Assembly (NCBI RefSeq): GCF_000372725.1
Contig: NW_005201102.1
Coordinates: 1 to 64,000 of the forward strand
Reading direction: 5' to 3'
Source: Emiliania huxleyi CCMP1516
Lineage: Eukaryota
Length of the DNA: 64,000 nt
The position numbers and the translations under genes are program-made. Below, piece after piece: positions 58,919 through 64,000 of the stretch; the first letter of the stretch is position 1; each line of letters starts with the position of its first letter. The notes under the pieces were generated by a model that had not been told where the DNA came from, ran no database searches, and saw only the letters and a list, made by a program, of their open reading frames with translations.

Positions 58919-61226
58919 TTTAAGACGAGAGCTCGGGTGACTCGGGTGAGACTCGCTGACCGACGGGACACAGCAGGGCGCGCACAGCAGGGCGCACAGC
59001 GGGCGCACGTGCTGCAGAAGAATTTCCCGCCGCGTAGCTAGGGTTCGTGATGCATGTGTGTGTGTGTGTGTGGGTGGGTGAGAGATCAACGACATGAGGT
59101 GAAGCTATGAGGAGGAGGATCGGGTCTGGATCAGTGATGAGGAGAAAGGTCGGTCGAGTACGAGGTCGAGAGGGATCGTGGTCGAGTACGAGGAGTCGAG
59201 GACTGGGGGGGGGAGGGGGTTCAACCTGGCGACGGAGGACAGTGGGCCATCGCGGGAACGGGTGCGTCCGGAGGGCGAACCCGGTAGATCCGGATGGTTT
59301 TCACACCGGTGGGAGGCACCGAGGCGTCGTGGGGACGCTCTTCTGTTCGGTCGACGCTAGATCGTCCACTGAGAACCCAGTGGTTGTCACCACTTTGTAT
59401 GCTTTTAATATTAACCTTGCGAACTCGCCCCCCCCGGCAGGGCTATGCAACCGTGACCAGTGTGTGCTGTCTACGCCTGATCCAGGCGTGAAATCTGCCG
59501 ATGCGTGTGATCTGTGTGTGGGCCGCTCTGTGAGGGGTCCAGGCATTGTCCGACGACGGGTAGGGGGTCTGTGCCCGGGCGGTGTCCGGTGCGGAGTCTC
59601 TCTCTGATCCCGCCTGTGATGTTGGGTGCGAGGTCGTGGAAGCTTCGATCCCAAGGGGAGGAGCCGATCCCACTCGCAACCAACTCTCAGGGGCAGTAGG
59701 TGGGCGAGCCTCAGGCGCCGAGGCGCGCTCATCTCGATCGACAAGGCGTGGCTACGCGCGGCCTTCCGCGGGGGGAGCTTCGTCGACGGGTGCGGGACCG
59801 TGGCGCAGACAGCGCTGCGGCGATGCCTCCGGCTGGTGCGGGCGGCGAGTGGCTTGCTGCTCGCTGCGATGGCGAAAAACTCGTCTCGTCGCACACCAAG
59901 GGCTTATGCTCTGGCGAGACGTGAGGCGCATGCGCCCAGGAGGGGAGGGCGCATGCGTAACGACGCTGCTAGAGATGCCTTTCGGGGCCCAGAGATAAAA
60001 CTTCTGATGCCATGCGTGACCTAGTAGTGTCCCCAGCTATGGGCGTGTCCATGTTGGAGCCAGGTGTGGTGTGGACGCGAGAATAGCTCCGCCGTTCATG
60101 GAGGCAACCGATGCGAGTCGACTGGTGTGTGTCGTCGTGGTTTCGTATCAAGAATACTCACTCACTCACTCACACGTGATGCATGCGCACATGCTACATG
60201 CTACATGCCACAACATGTACATGGCTTGTTGGGCCCAAACAAAAGGGCCTCGCAATAGGGTCGTCGCCTAGGTTATTGTTCAGTTAGTTTGTACACCGAT
60301 ACCGAGCAAAACTTCGGTTGCTGAAAGCCAGCTTGCCCAGCAGCGTCGACTCGGTGGCACGCATGCTCTCGACGCGACTCGTCAACTCAACTCGCCGTCG
60401 GGGGTGAGAGAAATCGCTTGGCCTTTATACGTTTTTCTCGCCCAGAACTATCTATATTCTTTTTCCGTATTCTTTCCGTATTCTTGTCCCAAACAGGGTC
60501 TATATTCTCGAATATGCCAAGAATACAGCTCCAAATCGGGCCTATATTCTCAAATATTCTTTATATTCCCGCTGAAAATCGCTGAAAATCGTGCACGTGC
60601 TCAAACGACACATGCGCTGCTCCCCAGTCACACGCTCGAGCGTGAAATCATTCGTCACCTTGGCGTACACCTCGGGGCATCCGCCGTAGTTCGGCACAAC
60701 AGCCATCGGACAGCGGCAATAGTTGCGCCTCTCGACCCCAGCCTCTGTGGGGTGTGCGCATGCGGTAGGCTTTGTCGAATCAGAGCGGTGTCGGCGTTGT
60801 CCTCCATTTTCCTCCCCTGGGCCCCCCGTCCGGGACCGCTCCGGGACGCACGCCGGCGAAGGCGCGAAGCACCATCAAGCTGCTGCACGGCCCCGGCATC
60901 GCCTCCCCTGGCTTAGGCCTTAGCTAGACTGAGAGATATTGTGCACAAGGTTGGTCTCTACAATGTATAAACTGACACTTTACCTCCAAGAGCTCGTCCC
61001 TCCTCCACGGCCATCCTCGGCCTCCTTCCTGAGTGTGGAGTGAGGGCCCCCGGCCGCGGCGCGGTGCGGCGGAGTCACAAATCCGACGGCAGAGCACCGG
61101 GACGCGGTCGGGCGATCTGAGGCCCAAGTAGGCGTATGCATTGCCCATCAGGGCTATCACCTGGACCCATCAACGTGTTGTTCACACCTGAGGTAATGAA
61201 GCGTCATCAACAACAGCCAATTGTCC

Positions 61227-62764
<1,538 letters not shown>

Positions 62765-63084
62765 CGCCCATGTGCCATGACAGCCATCTTTCTCCGCTCG
62801 AGAAGTGATGCCCTAGACACCTGAGAAGTGATGGCCTCACGGCGGTATGCGAGATCGTAGTCCCCTGCTAGAGCTCAAAGAGCGACAAAATCACACCGTC
62901 TGTGTGCAACCATGTACCATGCCTATGACTGCTATGAAGTTGGTGTTCCGCAAACCTCGATCTACGTAATTCTTCCACTCCAACGCGTCTACCACGCCGG
63001 CTCCTACCCGGATAGGGGGTCTGTTCGTGCCACTGCGGACTCGCGCCAAAACCTGACGGCGTGAGGGGGGGGTCGGGCTCGGGG

Positions 63085-63250
63085 GAGTAGAGACAGTAGA
63101 GGATGTACAAGAGTGTAGAGCGCTATAGAGCTGAAGAGCGGTGGAGCGCTGTAGAGCTGTAGAGCTCTACATCCGGCGCGGGACAGAGCGATGCAGATGT
63201 AGAGCGATGTAGAGGCGCTCTACAACGTGAAATCTCTACAACAAACTCTC
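63085..63250. repeat. TGTAGAG-rich dispersed element, copy 2
   Basis: Shares ggagcgctgtagagctgtagagctctacatccg and tgtagagcgatgtagag with 9236-9421. Confidence 0.75.
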
Positions 63251-63454
63251 GGCGCCAATCGGTTTTGTCGTCAGCAGAGGGGCTCGCAGTCAGAAGCTCT
63301 GGAGGCTTGTCGGAGACGAGGCTGAGCCCTCGTATCTTGCTCACCAGCGTGTCGCACTCGGAGCGGGCCGGGCTAGTCTCGAGGGCCACTCTATTTGTAA
63401 AATTCCACTCTATTTGTAAGGATGCCATCCTATCCCATACACAGGAAGAAGACT

Positions 63455-63740
63455 AGGTGCTCGTAACACGGCTCGTAATTGGGCAGGCGCAGCAGCGTAC
63501 TTTTGATTCGTGTTCGTTGTGTGTTTTGTTGCTTTGAATGGGTTCGAAGAGGCTATCGCGTATCTTAAAACCCCATTTTGCTGCGCCGGGTCGTATCCAG
63601 GCTAGTTACAAGGCTAGTTTACCAGTTTCGAGCTCGTAGGTCCTACAAGGTCGGATCTACGAGCTCGAGGGCTTGTAACTAGCCCCGTTACCATGCTCGT
63701 AGTTTTGCTGTGCATACTATGAGTGGGACTACGAGAATCG
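63455..63740. repeat. CTCGTA-rich inverted-repeat (MITE-like) region
   Basis: Nested inverted repeats 63600-63612/63672-63684 and 63628-63639/63657-63668. Confidence 0.55.
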
Positions 63741-64000
63741 AATCCCAGTGGCGCAAGCTCGGGCCTGCAACGTGCGCGAGTGCATCCTTTGTTCCGGAAA
63801 GCATAATAATGTGATCTCTTTCGCGGCCAACGCGGTTACTGGGGTCGCGGAGTTCATTGGCGGATCATTCATCCTCCCCGCCGCGCGCAGCACTCAACCT
63901 TCTTCAACGACAGGCGTGGCTGCCTGGTGAGCTTGAGCTGCCCCGAATGGTGCGTTTGCAAGACCTACCCCGCAAACAGCCGAAACCCCTTGGGGGGAGC

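Noticed and set aside
59100..61200. Coding-like debris and an AT-rich TATTCT patch
   Set aside because: No frame has recognisable motifs, so I cannot support a call.

Overview
GC-rich eukaryotic genomic DNA with two assembly gaps. Repeat-filled introns, GC splice donors, TTAGGG repeats and the gene families present suggest a haptophyte alga of the Emiliania/Gephyrocapsa huxleyi type; this is an inference, not a database match. Recognisable genes: an ankyrin-repeat protein, a THEM6-like thioesterase, F-box + RCC1, a 2H-phosphoesterase + CbbX/SpoVK-type AAA+ fusion, a DUF1995 protein, an intron-rich DDB1, an amino-acid transporter, a RING protein, an isochorismatase, a NIT-domain + TKL kinase, an intron-containing LINE-type AP endonuclease, SET+MYND, a proline-rich CUB protein joined to a 5'-truncated kinesin, a PhyH dioxygenase, an ApaH/PrpE-like metallophosphoesterase and an F-box-like + Argonaute-type PAZ protein. 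Between them lie gene fragments, retroelement relics and several dispersed repeat families. Best leads: (1) the stand-alone F-box-like/PAZ gene; (2) the NIT-kinase; (3) the 2H-AAA fusion with an inserted module; (4) a domesticated, catalytically altered retrotransposon endonuclease; (5) a dispersed element whose same end sits just upstream of three different gene starts; (6) introns that carry duplicates of the neighbouring exon start, including arrays of decoy acceptors. All domain calls come from recognising motifs by eye.
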